Notes under the pieces: generated by a model
What the model saw: only the letters and a program-made list of their open reading frames with translations
Told to the model about the DNA's origin: nothing
The model's database searches: none
Shown: positions 46,188 through 54,430 of the stretch, in pieces
Layout of the letters: each line of letters begins with the position of its first letter
Position numbering within the stretch: position 1 is the stretch's first letter
Assembly: GCF_947581785.1 (NCBI RefSeq)
Contig: NZ_CANPVO010000036.1
Span: 15,490-79,489, forward strand
DNA from: Candidatus Palauibacter polyketidifaciens
GTDB taxonomy: Bacteria; Gemmatimonadota; Gemmatimonadetes; Palauibacterales; Palauibacteraceae
DNA: 64,000 nucleotides
Direction: 5' to 3'
Made by a program: the position numbers and the translations under genes

Positions 46188-47702
46188 GTCAAAGTCGTTC
46201 GTCACGGTCAATCGCAATGTCAGTGTATAGTTCTCTCTGCTGTTGAACGAGCGTGTGTATCGATCACCAGTACCGGCGGCGGTCCAGGTTGTTCCACCGT
46301 CGGTGCTGGTTTCCCACAGGTACGTCAGCGAGTAGCCGCCCCACCCTCTTCCGCTCCACGTTTGACTTCCGCTCGACGTGACCGAGGACGGTCCGCTGAT
46401 CCACGCGACAGAGCGCGGCGCGTAGAGGAACCTGTTCGGCCCGTTTACGTTCAACCTGCCCTCCGTCGCGCTCGACAGGATCACATCCTTGATGTGAGCG
46501 GGAGACGCCCGATTGTTTTCTTCGCGGAGTATCAGCCACGCTACGGCCGTTACATGTGGCGCTGCCACGGACGTGCCAGACCAAAGATGAATCTCATGCG
46601 TTTGGCTGTATACGGCGCGAACGTCGTTGCCGGGTGCCCAGATATCAACACATGCCCCGTAAGTTGCCGCGGGGTGCTCTTCCGAGTTGAACACGGAGCG
46701 GTTTCCGTTGGAATCTACGGCCGACACAGTGATGACTTCAGTCAGTCGAGCGGGTGACACTTTGCATGCGTCTTTATCGTAATTTCCCGCCCCCACCACG
46801 GTTGTAACCCCGTCAGCCACGAGTCGTTGTACAATCTCATCCACATCGGCGTCAACGGTGTCTGGAGTTGCGAAGCTTATGTTTGCCACCCCGAAGCCCA
46901 TATTGCGGGCGATCACCCATTCGATACCTGCGATGAACGTGCTTTCATCAGCTTCGCGATTATGTGTTATTCTGACGGGGACCAGCTGTACCGTCTTCGC
47001 CACACCGGTGGTGTTGCCTCCGATAACACTTGCAACCGCCGTACCATGGCCGCTGTAGTCGCCTCGACCGTCGCTTAATCCTACAAGATCCACGCCAGGA
47101 AGGACGCGTCCGCCGAACTCGCCGTGGGATATCGTTCCGCTGTCGATTACATATACGGGTACCGATGACGCTGTCTCTTCGTAACGATACGTGCCGTTCG
47201 TAGCGAATTCACGAGAATCCAGCTTATCCAGATTCCATCCTACCCCCGCCGTCTGCGTGTCCAGGCTCGTCTCCTCGGATGGCCGGGATGGAAACAGACC
47301 GGTCGCTTGCAGGATGCGCTCTTCGGACACTCGGACGATTCGCCGGTCCTCCAGCAGCTTGCTCAGGTCGGTGGGCTTGGGCAGATCGTCGGGGTTCGGC
47401 AGCGTGACCGCGAGCCCCGGCAGGCTCGGGTAGACGTACTTCACGGTGGCCGTATGCTCCGCCGCAAGCTGCGCGGCGACTGCGCGGGCATCCTTGTCCG
47501 TGTGAGTCTTCAGGATGTAGGAGTTCGGCACCTTCTCGCCCGGAGCGGGCACAAGCTTGGATGAGTCCGCGCGGGCGTCGAGGCTCGCGCGGGGTGCGTT
47601 CGCCGGAGCTCTGCTGGCCGCCGGATCAACCGTGTCGTTCTGGCAAGCGCTCAACGCGATGGCCAGGGGGATCAGGCGGGACCACTTGGGAGTTTTTGTC
47701 AT
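46119..47702 (-). CDS. S8-family subtilisin-like serine protease lipoprotein with N-terminal I9 propeptide.
   Basis: Lipobox IALSAC. Catalytic triad contexts VYVIDSGT (Asp), HGTAVASVIGG (His), GTSVAAPHVTAV (Ser). C-terminal beta-domain ending EQPSVTWTIPVDTGCGETVCPG. Confidence 0.85.
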   Translation of the reverse strand: MTKTPKWSRLIPLAIALSACQNDTVDPAASRAPANAPRASLDARADSSKLVPAPGEKVPNSYILKTHTDKDARAVAAQLAAEHTATVKYVYPSLPGLAVTLPNPDDLPKPTDLSKLLEDRRIVRVSEERILQATGLFPSRPSEETSLDTQTAGVGWNLDKLDSREFATNGTYRYEETASSVPVYVIDSGTISHGEFGGRVLPGVDLVGLSDGRGDYSGHGTAVASVIGGNTTGVAKTVQLVPVRITHNREADESTFIAGIEWVIARNMGFGVANISFATPDTVDADVDEIVQRLVADGVTTVVGAGNYDKDACKVSPARLTEVITVSAVDSNGNRSVFNSEEHPAATYGACVDIWAPGNDVRAVYSQTHEIHLWSGTSVAAPHVTAVAWLILREENNRASPAHIKDVILSSATEGRLNVNGPNRFLYAPRSVAWISGPSSVTSSGSQTWSGRGWGGYSLTYLWETSTDGGTTWTAAGTGDRYTRSFNSRENYTLTLRLTVTNDFDEQPSVTWTIPVDTGCGETVCPG

Positions 47703-47945
47703 TCCGGTTTTCTCTTCTCGGATCGACGTTCATCGGCGGACCTGAATCGGCGTGAAACAGGTCCAGGGCCGGGTCGGCACGCCCACGTCCAGGGCGAGGT
47801 CGAGTCGTGGCGAGCAGGACTCCGGCGTTTTCGGACCTGATGCTGGCCATGTGTCGGCATCGAAGGAAGAGACAGGATCGATGAATCAGGGGCGAAAGTG
47901 ATGGGAAGGAAACAACAACGATGGTAAGGCTTTACGGCAGCGCGG

Positions 47946-48743
47946 TCAGTCCGTCGGCGGCCGCTTCGCCACGGCCTCCGAGACGGTCTCTTCCAGCAGC
48001 GGCCGCAGGTACTTCGACACGAACGACGCGAGCAGGTGCTCCGGTGCGATCCGTTCGAGTTCGGTGAGCGTGCATCCGAGCCAGGCGCGGGATCTGCGAT
48101 TCAGGGTCGCGCGGGCAAGCCCGAGATGCTCGCTCACCTTCGTCCATGTGGAACCTGCAAGACGAAGCTGGAGCGCCCGGAGCAGCACGAGCCCGCCGAT
48201 GAACGAACTCAACGTCGTCACGCCTCCCGCGTGTATCCTGAACTGCTGCGAGATCGTGATCGGAGAGCGGCGTACGGCCTGCGCCAGCTCGGCGACGTTC
48301 CGCACAGGCATGCTCCTGGCCCTCTGAAAGCTATGGACGAGGCCCGCGCGGAGGGCCGGCGGCAGCCCGGATCGCCGGACCGTCTCGGACAGGCGTGACA
48401 GCGCGACGGTGTGGCGAGCCTCCTCGACCTGGGATTGGAGTTGGGTCTGAACATCATCGAACCAGACGAGAGAGAAGATATTCACACCGCGCAACAAACG
48501 AGGGACGCTGATATCGCGATCCGTCACCAGGATGACCGGAATCAACGGGAGTCTCCGCCCGATGTCCTTGATCAGTACGATTCTGTCCTCGATGAACCGG
48601 CTCCGGCAGCCGATAATCATACAGTCGGTCCGGCTGTCGGCTGAAGTGAGTTCGCTCGCGTCGCCGACTATGATGGCGGCGTCATCAACGGTTTGCCGTA
48701 TGCGCTCGGCATCGGCGCACGTATCCGCCAGGAGCAGGATCAT
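47946..48743 (-). CDS. Transcriptional regulator: AraC-type HTH C-terminal domain with a degenerate receiver-like N-terminal domain.
   Basis: C-terminus VAELAQAVRRSPITISQQFRIHAGGVTTLSSFIGGLVLLRALQLRLAGSTWTKVSEHLGLARATLNRRSRAW fits the two-HTH AraC pattern. N-terminal MILLLADTCAD...IPVILVTD is receiver-like but lacks a clear phospho-acceptor Asp. Confidence 0.65.
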   Translation of the reverse strand: MILLLADTCADAERIRQTVDDAAIIVGDASELTSADSRTDCMIIGCRSRFIEDRIVLIKDIGRRLPLIPVILVTDRDISVPRLLRGVNIFSLVWFDDVQTQLQSQVEEARHTVALSRLSETVRRSGLPPALRAGLVHSFQRARSMPVRNVAELAQAVRRSPITISQQFRIHAGGVTTLSSFIGGLVLLRALQLRLAGSTWTKVSEHLGLARATLNRRSRAWLGCTLTELERIAPEHLLASFVSKYLRPLLEETVSEAVAKRPPTD

Positions 48744-48895
48744 TGCGATGCATACTTTTCAGGAAAGAAGGCGAGACGGCCCGGCGGCTCAATCCGCCGG
48801 ACCCAGTTCGCCGGAAACCTGAGAACGACTCGGGAGCGGGAATCGTGACACCGGCCGCCCGCACGGCGCCCGCGTCAGCCGCACCCCGGTGGCCG

Positions 48896-49882
48896 TCAGC
48901 TGGCGGCGGGGCGCACCACGATGGTGATTTCCTCATCGGCGAACAGACCGCCGTCGTCGGCGCGGCCACGGAGGATATAGGTCCCCGGCTGCTGGAAGGT
49001 CGCGGTCACCGTCCAGCGGTCATCCTCCGGCAGGTCCGGGGGGCGCCAGAGCGGCGCCCACGGCGAGTTCGCGCCGGTGCGCGTGTCCTCCCAGACCTTC
49101 ACCTGCGGCGGATCGAACGCCACCTCCCCCTCTCCGCGGTAGACGAACCACGACATGAAGAGGCCGTTCACCTTCTGCACCGTCACGCGCGAGGGGGGCC
49201 GGAGCTGGCGGCCGCTGAAGCTGGGGAACGCGTTCGCGATCGAGTCGACGCGCGCGGAGTCCTCCGCGGTCTCCGGCGGGTCGGGCGGACCCTGCCGGAA
49301 CGCCCGCAGCAGGCCGTCGTCCTCCACGGTGACGCTCACCGTGACCGGCTGGCCGACGATCGCCTCGCGCGTCCGCTCGCCCTCGAGCGTGATCTTCGGC
49401 GGTTCGTTGGACCGCATCTCGGCGTTGCTGGAACCCGCGCCGAGCGCGCCGGTCTCCGACATGATCACCGTGTTGTCGACGATGTAGTCGGGCCGCAGCG
49501 TGGCGTACGCCTTCTCGGTGACTCCGTGGCTCGTGAGCGTCCACACGAGTTCCCTGTCGCCCCAGTCGGCGGGCACGCGAACCTTGAACACGAAGCGGTT
49601 GCGGCGCGGGAGGAAGTGGGTCGGCTGCCCCCGGTCGGCGGGGCCCGGCGAGAACACGTTGTCATCCCCCACGGGGACGTCGATCTCCTCGACCCAGTTC
49701 CGGTTCATGTAGCCGAAGAGAAAGTTGAACGACCCGTCCTCGTTCTGCTCCCATCCCTCGTACGCCGGCGCGACGTTCTGTCCCCGAGCGTAGGTCTGGG
49801 CGGCGGCGGGAAGCGCGGACACGGCGAGGATCAGCCCCAGAAGCGGCACGGCCAGCGCCCCGGGCCGCGCGACCCGGGGCAT
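48896..49882 (-). CDS. Secreted hypothetical protein.
   Basis: Signal MPRVARPGALAVPLLGLILAVSALPAAAQ. 328 aa, no family recognised. Starts 20 bp after the stop of the c-type cytochrome gene. Confidence 0.6.
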   Translation of the reverse strand: MPRVARPGALAVPLLGLILAVSALPAAAQTYARGQNVAPAYEGWEQNEDGSFNFLFGYMNRNWVEEIDVPVGDDNVFSPGPADRGQPTHFLPRRNRFVFKVRVPADWGDRELVWTLTSHGVTEKAYATLRPDYIVDNTVIMSETGALGAGSSNAEMRSNEPPKITLEGERTREAIVGQPVTVSVTVEDDGLLRAFRQGPPDPPETAEDSARVDSIANAFPSFSGRQLRPPSRVTVQKVNGLFMSWFVYRGEGEVAFDPPQVKVWEDTRTGANSPWAPLWRPPDLPEDDRWTVTATFQQPGTYILRGRADDGGLFADEEITIVVRPAAS

Positions 49883-49902
49883 GGAAACCGGTTCGGCCAC
49901 GA

Positions 49903-51507
49903 TCACCGTTCCCGGTGGTCGCCGGGATCGCGGCCATCCCCGGACCCCGATTCGCCTTCGCCGGAAGACTCGGCCTCGGTGGCGGCATCGGACTGCCACC
50001 ACTCGGCGTCGGCGAAGTAGCTCATGTCGCCGTTGGCCGGGATGACCATGCAGAGCGGGCAGCCGACGACGTGGTCGTTGGGGCCGAGCGCGAGCCGGTG
50101 CCGGCGCATCGCCATCTCCTCCACGAACTGTTCATCCGACATCTCCACGCGCATGCCGAGGTCGATGAACATGTTCGCCACGGAACGGTTCCCCGAACCC
50201 TGCCAGTTGCGCGTGTCCGGGACGTTCCGGTTCGCCTCCGAGGTGTCCATGTAGCCGATGATGTGGAGGACGGTCCCCTTCGGAAGGAGCGGCTGGTGGT
50301 CCTGCGCGTAGGTGTAGCCGCGCACCCAGTTGTGGTCGTAGCCGACGCAGTTCAGCGTCTCGACGTTGAAGCCCCAGATCGCCTCGAGGCACATGCGCAT
50401 GCCGGGCGCATGCAGGTGCGGCTCGAAGGTCACGAGCTTGGTGTGCTGGTTCAGCACCTTGTAGGCGTGAAGTTCCTGCCCCGCCACCCCGGGCCGGATG
50501 TCGATGTCGCTTCCGTTGCCGAGCCCGAAGACGCTCCGCCGGTATTTCGGCTCGTAGTCCTCCGGATGGAAGCGGAACCCGATCTCCAGGTGGGCGCGCG
50601 TGTCGCGGCCGTTGGAGTGGAGGTGGACGGAGTTCGACACCACCGAGGAGCCCGCCCTGAGCAGGCGGCCCGCGTCGTCGTCGAAGAGGTCGGGTTCGCG
50701 GCCGACCTCGTGCACCGGCCAGCCGGTGTCCGTGGAGGCGCGCCGCGAGCCGGGCCCCGTCTCCTGGCCCTCGAGGACGCGCGTGCTCCAGATCATGTGG
50801 TGGACGACGAACCGTCCGCCGACCGTATGGCGCCCGCCGTGTTCCCCGTCGCGCCGCTGCGGCACGTCGTTCACCTCGCGGATCTCGACGGACTTCACGT
50901 AGCGGTCCTCGGTGAGGCCCGTGGGCACGCTCTCGATGTCCCCCCACCAGTCGGGCGCGTCGCCCTTCACGAGCACTTCGGGGAGCCTGACGATCAGGTC
51001 CGGCTCGCCCGCGGCCCAGACCACGTCGTCGTCGAACTCGAGCGCGGGCGGCAGGTTCGCCGGGTCGCCCTCGGGGGTGCCGGCGCGCCGCCAGGCGTCG
51101 AGCGCCTCGATCTCCCACTCGTCGAGCGACATGTCATCCTTGAAGTGCTGGATGCCGATGTCCTTCTCCACGTACCACGGCGGCATCGCGCCGGCCCGGT
51201 CCCGGATCTGGGTGCGGCGGGCGATCATGCTCGCGTACGGCTGGACGTCGTCGTAGGTGACGAGCGGCATCGGGGCGACGCCGTTGTCGCGGTGGCAGCG
51301 AACGCAGGCCCGCTGCAGGATCGGCGCGATGTCGCGGCTGAAGGTCACGTCGTCCGCCTCGACGCCCGGCGTCCCTGTCGCGGCATGGCGTGCGGTCGCG
51401 GCGGGCCCGCCGTCCTGCGCCGCCATCCCGCCGGCGGAGAGCAACATGAGGACGGGCAGGACGGAAGATCTCCGGGCGAGAGACAAGATCCGCGTGGTGT
51501 GCGGCAT
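49903..51507 (-). CDS. Cytochrome c domain-containing secreted protein (single CxxCH).
   Basis: AAGGAG 5 nt before ATG 51507. Signal MPHTTRILSLARRSSVLPVLMLLSAGGMAAQ. Heme site DIAPILQRACVRCHRDNGVAPMPL. 534 aa. Confidence 0.6.
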   Translation of the reverse strand: MPHTTRILSLARRSSVLPVLMLLSAGGMAAQDGGPAATARHAATGTPGVEADDVTFSRDIAPILQRACVRCHRDNGVAPMPLVTYDDVQPYASMIARRTQIRDRAGAMPPWYVEKDIGIQHFKDDMSLDEWEIEALDAWRRAGTPEGDPANLPPALEFDDDVVWAAGEPDLIVRLPEVLVKGDAPDWWGDIESVPTGLTEDRYVKSVEIREVNDVPQRRDGEHGGRHTVGGRFVVHHMIWSTRVLEGQETGPGSRRASTDTGWPVHEVGREPDLFDDDAGRLLRAGSSVVSNSVHLHSNGRDTRAHLEIGFRFHPEDYEPKYRRSVFGLGNGSDIDIRPGVAGQELHAYKVLNQHTKLVTFEPHLHAPGMRMCLEAIWGFNVETLNCVGYDHNWVRGYTYAQDHQPLLPKGTVLHIIGYMDTSEANRNVPDTRNWQGSGNRSVANMFIDLGMRVEMSDEQFVEEMAMRRHRLALGPNDHVVGCPLCMVIPANGDMSYFADAEWWQSDAATEAESSGEGESGSGDGRDPGDHRER

Positions 51508-51591
51508 CACATCGCTCCTTGCGGGAGGACTCGTTCGCAAAAGGGTACGCAACGGGCGAAGCCCCGGTCAAACGCCGCGCTAACCACTACG

Positions 51592-53004
51592 CTAGCCACC
51601 GTCGTCGCCTGAGCCACCCGGGGCGGGCGACCCCAGCGCCATTGGGGTGGTCGGCGGCAGCCGCTTCAGGATGATCGTCGGGACATCGAACTCGTCCGTC
51701 TCCACGAAGGCGACGAGGCCGCCGGGCCCGAACGCGTCGGGCATGGGCGTCTCCTCCAGCGCCAGAGTGCCTATGTACTCGCCCTCCGGCGAGAGAACAT
51801 CGATCCAACCGGCCGCTGCCTCCTCCCTTTCCGGCCCTCCGGCCACGACTGGGGCCTCAGCATCGATCTGCGCCAGGGGGTCGCTCCCCCAGCGCTGAAC
51901 CCAGATCGCCCCCTCCCACGTCGTCCGCAGGTCCCGCACGATGGGCACTTCCGGCATGAAGTCCGCGTTCGCCATTGCGTCGCGCATCCCGGCCATCATC
52001 TCCTCCAGCATCGCCGCCACCTGCGCGCGAACCTCCGGCGGGAGATCGTCGAACGACTGGCCGTTGAACTGTCCGGTAGCCGAGGCTTCCAGAGCTTCCA
52101 GCATCCGGGCCCGGGCGCGCTCCCGCAGCGATTCCGTGACGGGCTCGGGCTGGAGGGGGCGGCCGATGACACGGACCGGAGCCCCGGGGGTCGGCTGGAT
52201 CTTGATCGCGTAGGCGGAGGAATCCGAGTACGCCACGCCGCCGCCTGGGAGGACATCGAACACGAGGTCCGGCACGAACCCCATGAACGCGTCGCCGAAA
52301 GCGTCGAACATGTCCGACGGATCCGCCGCCTCCATCGTGACCTCCTGCTCCGGCTGCGCCTCCCACCCTTCCGCGAAGGGCACCGCGGTGGCCTCGTCCG
52401 CGGTGGCCTCGGCCGCGTCGGCGAGCGACGTGCGGTAGATGGTGCGGTCGCCGGCCTCGATGGACGCTTCCCCGTTGCTGAAGCGCGCGTTCGGGCTTCG
52501 AGTCAGGAACAGGGTTTCCCCCTCCCGGGCGGCGCGCACGGTCTCCGCCGAGGCGGTCTCCGAGGCGCCCTCGATCGCGAACCGGACCGTGCGCTCGAAC
52601 GACCCATCGGGGCCGAACAGGAGGTAGGCGCGGTGACCGTTGTCGACGATCACAACCCCTCCCCCGGGCCGGGCCACCATGTGCCCCACGTCGCGAAGCT
52701 CGCCCGGACCGTCGCCCCTGCGCCCGAACTCGGCCACCAGGCCTCCGACGCCATCCACGACCACGATGCGGGTGGAGGACGCGGCTTCGTCGCGGACGTA
52801 GAGCCGCCCGCCCGCATCGAAGGCCAGGTCCGCGATCTCCGTGAACGCGTCCCACCCCTCGGCGGCGATCCCCCCGATCCGGTACACCTCCTCGAAATCG
52901 GCCTGGAGCGGACGGTCCTCTGCGGGCGACGGGGCGGACGTACCCCCGGTCTCGCCCCCGCAACCCGCCAGCAGGGTGATCCACACCGCGCGGCTGAATC
53001 TCAT
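51592..53004 (-). CDS. NHL-like beta-propeller lipoprotein, distant fourth member of the family at 10.8-14.6 kb.
   Basis: Lipobox MRFSRAVWITLLAGCGG. GRRGDGPGELRDVGHMVARPGGGVVIVDNGHRAYLLFGPDG. C-terminus WIDVLSPEGEYIGTLALEETPMPDAFGPGGLVAFVETDEFDVPTIILKRL is collinear with ...[26 protein letters not shown]. Confidence 0.7.
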   Translation of the reverse strand: MRFSRAVWITLLAGCGGETGGTSAPSPAEDRPLQADFEEVYRIGGIAAEGWDAFTEIADLAFDAGGRLYVRDEAASSTRIVVVDGVGGLVAEFGRRGDGPGELRDVGHMVARPGGGVVIVDNGHRAYLLFGPDGSFERTVRFAIEGASETASAETVRAAREGETLFLTRSPNARFSNGEASIEAGDRTIYRTSLADAAEATADEATAVPFAEGWEAQPEQEVTMEAADPSDMFDAFGDAFMGFVPDLVFDVLPGGGVAYSDSSAYAIKIQPTPGAPVRVIGRPLQPEPVTESLRERARARMLEALEASATGQFNGQSFDDLPPEVRAQVAAMLEEMMAGMRDAMANADFMPEVPIVRDLRTTWEGAIWVQRWGSDPLAQIDAEAPVVAGGPEREEAAAGWIDVLSPEGEYIGTLALEETPMPDAFGPGGLVAFVETDEFDVPTIILKRLPPTTPMALGSPAPGGSGDDGG

Positions 53005-53047
53005 CTAATCTCCTCTGAGTTCGCGCTTGATTTCACGCTGGTTGAAG

Positions 53048-54430
53048 TCAGTTGGCGAGGTTCGTGATGCTCAGATTGCGCCAGCGGACCCTGATGCCGC
53101 CGCCGTCATGAATCTGGAGCGCGACGGAACCCCCGGCGTCGCCGATCCGCTCGTCCTCGAAGTCCACCATCTTCGTGCCGTTCAGCCACGTGGCGACGCG
53201 GTCGCCGTCGGCCCGGATCCGCATCGTGTTCCAGTCGCCCATGCGGAGCGCGGCGTCGAGTTCCGGGTCGGGCTGCACGAGCCAGCCTCGGCCGTACGAT
53301 TCGTAGATGCCTCCGGTGAACAGGCCCGGGGGCGCGACCTCCGCCTGCCAGCCGCTGACGGTCGTGCCCTCCACGCTCGAGCGCAGGAAGACGCCGCTGT
53401 TCCCGTCCGCCTCCTGTTTGAACTCGACGGTGAGGTCAAAGTCGCGGTACGTCGCCTCGGTCGCGAGGTAGCCGTACTCGGCGTCGGGGCCGCTCTCGCA
53501 CACGATTTCCCCACCCTGCTCGCCGTCCTCCACGTACCAGAGTTCGGTCCCGTGCACGCGCCAGCCCTCAAGGTTCTCGCCGTTGAAGAGGGAGACGGGT
53601 TCGAGGGGACGGATCCGGATGTTGCGGTACCAGACGTTGCGCCCGTGATCCTGGAGGCCGATCGGCCCGGAGGCGGCACGGCCATAGCGGGGATAGGGGG
53701 CGAACTTGCTCGCGGCGACGAGCGCCTCCCATTCGGTGGACCCCAGTTCGTACTCGACGGTCTTTGCCCCGTTCAGCCAGTGTTCGACGAGGTGGTTCTG
53801 GACGCGGATCCGGCCTTCGTTCCACTCACCCGGCCCCCGCAGCGTCTTCTCGCCCGAGGCGTGGAGGTCGTAGTTGTCGCCGGTCAGGTGCGTGTGCATG
53901 TCCATCGTGCCCATCTCGATGTAGGCCGCGTCGTCGAGCACCTGGTACTCGGGCGCGTTGTGCCAGATCGCGGCGCCCTCCTCCTCAATCACCCGGTAGA
54001 GGACGCCGCTGTTGGCCACCTCCGAGAGCATGAACTCGAACCTGAGATCGAAGTCCGTGAAGGCTTCCGTGGTGACGATGTCTCCGCCGATGGCCACGTC
54101 GGGATCTGTGGCCGTCGCGCCCACGACGAGGGCGCCGTCGATCACCGCCCAGCCGGTGTCCGGGAAGGTCTCCTGGCCGTAGCCGCGCCAGCCCGCGGTC
54201 GTCTCTCCATCGAAGAGCAGCCGCCAGCCCGCCTCGCGCTCGGCGTCCGTGAGGGTGTTCGGCGTCGTCTCCGCCGCGTCCGTAGCCCCCGTGTCCGGCG
54301 AGGCCTCGGGAGCCTGGGCGCAGCCGAGCGCCAGCCCCGCCGCCAGCGCGGTCGGGAGGGGGACGCGGAGCGGGCGGGAGGCGCGGAAGGGGAGCCGTGC
54401 GCGGATCCGGGATCGTCGTGGGGCGGGCAT
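53048..54430 (-). CDS. Lipoprotein with two DUF1080 (3-keto-disaccharide hydrolase-like, concanavalin-like) domains.
   Basis: Lipobox LALGCAQ. Two repeats of the WR-x-Y/G...NSGV(L/F)(Y/L)R...IRVRN / IRIRP pattern. ATG overlaps the stop of the Gfo/Idh/MocA gene (ATGA). Confidence 0.8.
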   Translation of the reverse strand: MPAPRRSRIRARLPFRASRPLRVPLPTALAAGLALGCAQAPEASPDTGATDAAETTPNTLTDAEREAGWRLLFDGETTAGWRGYGQETFPDTGWAVIDGALVVGATATDPDVAIGGDIVTTEAFTDFDLRFEFMLSEVANSGVLYRVIEEEGAAIWHNAPEYQVLDDAAYIEMGTMDMHTHLTGDNYDLHASGEKTLRGPGEWNEGRIRVQNHLVEHWLNGAKTVEYELGSTEWEALVAASKFAPYPRYGRAASGPIGLQDHGRNVWYRNIRIRPLEPVSLFNGENLEGWRVHGTELWYVEDGEQGGEIVCESGPDAEYGYLATEATYRDFDLTVEFKQEADGNSGVFLRSSVEGTTVSGWQAEVAPPGLFTGGIYESYGRGWLVQPDPELDAALRMGDWNTMRIRADGDRVATWLNGTKMVDFEDERIGDAGGSVALQIHDGGGIRVRWRNLSITNLAN

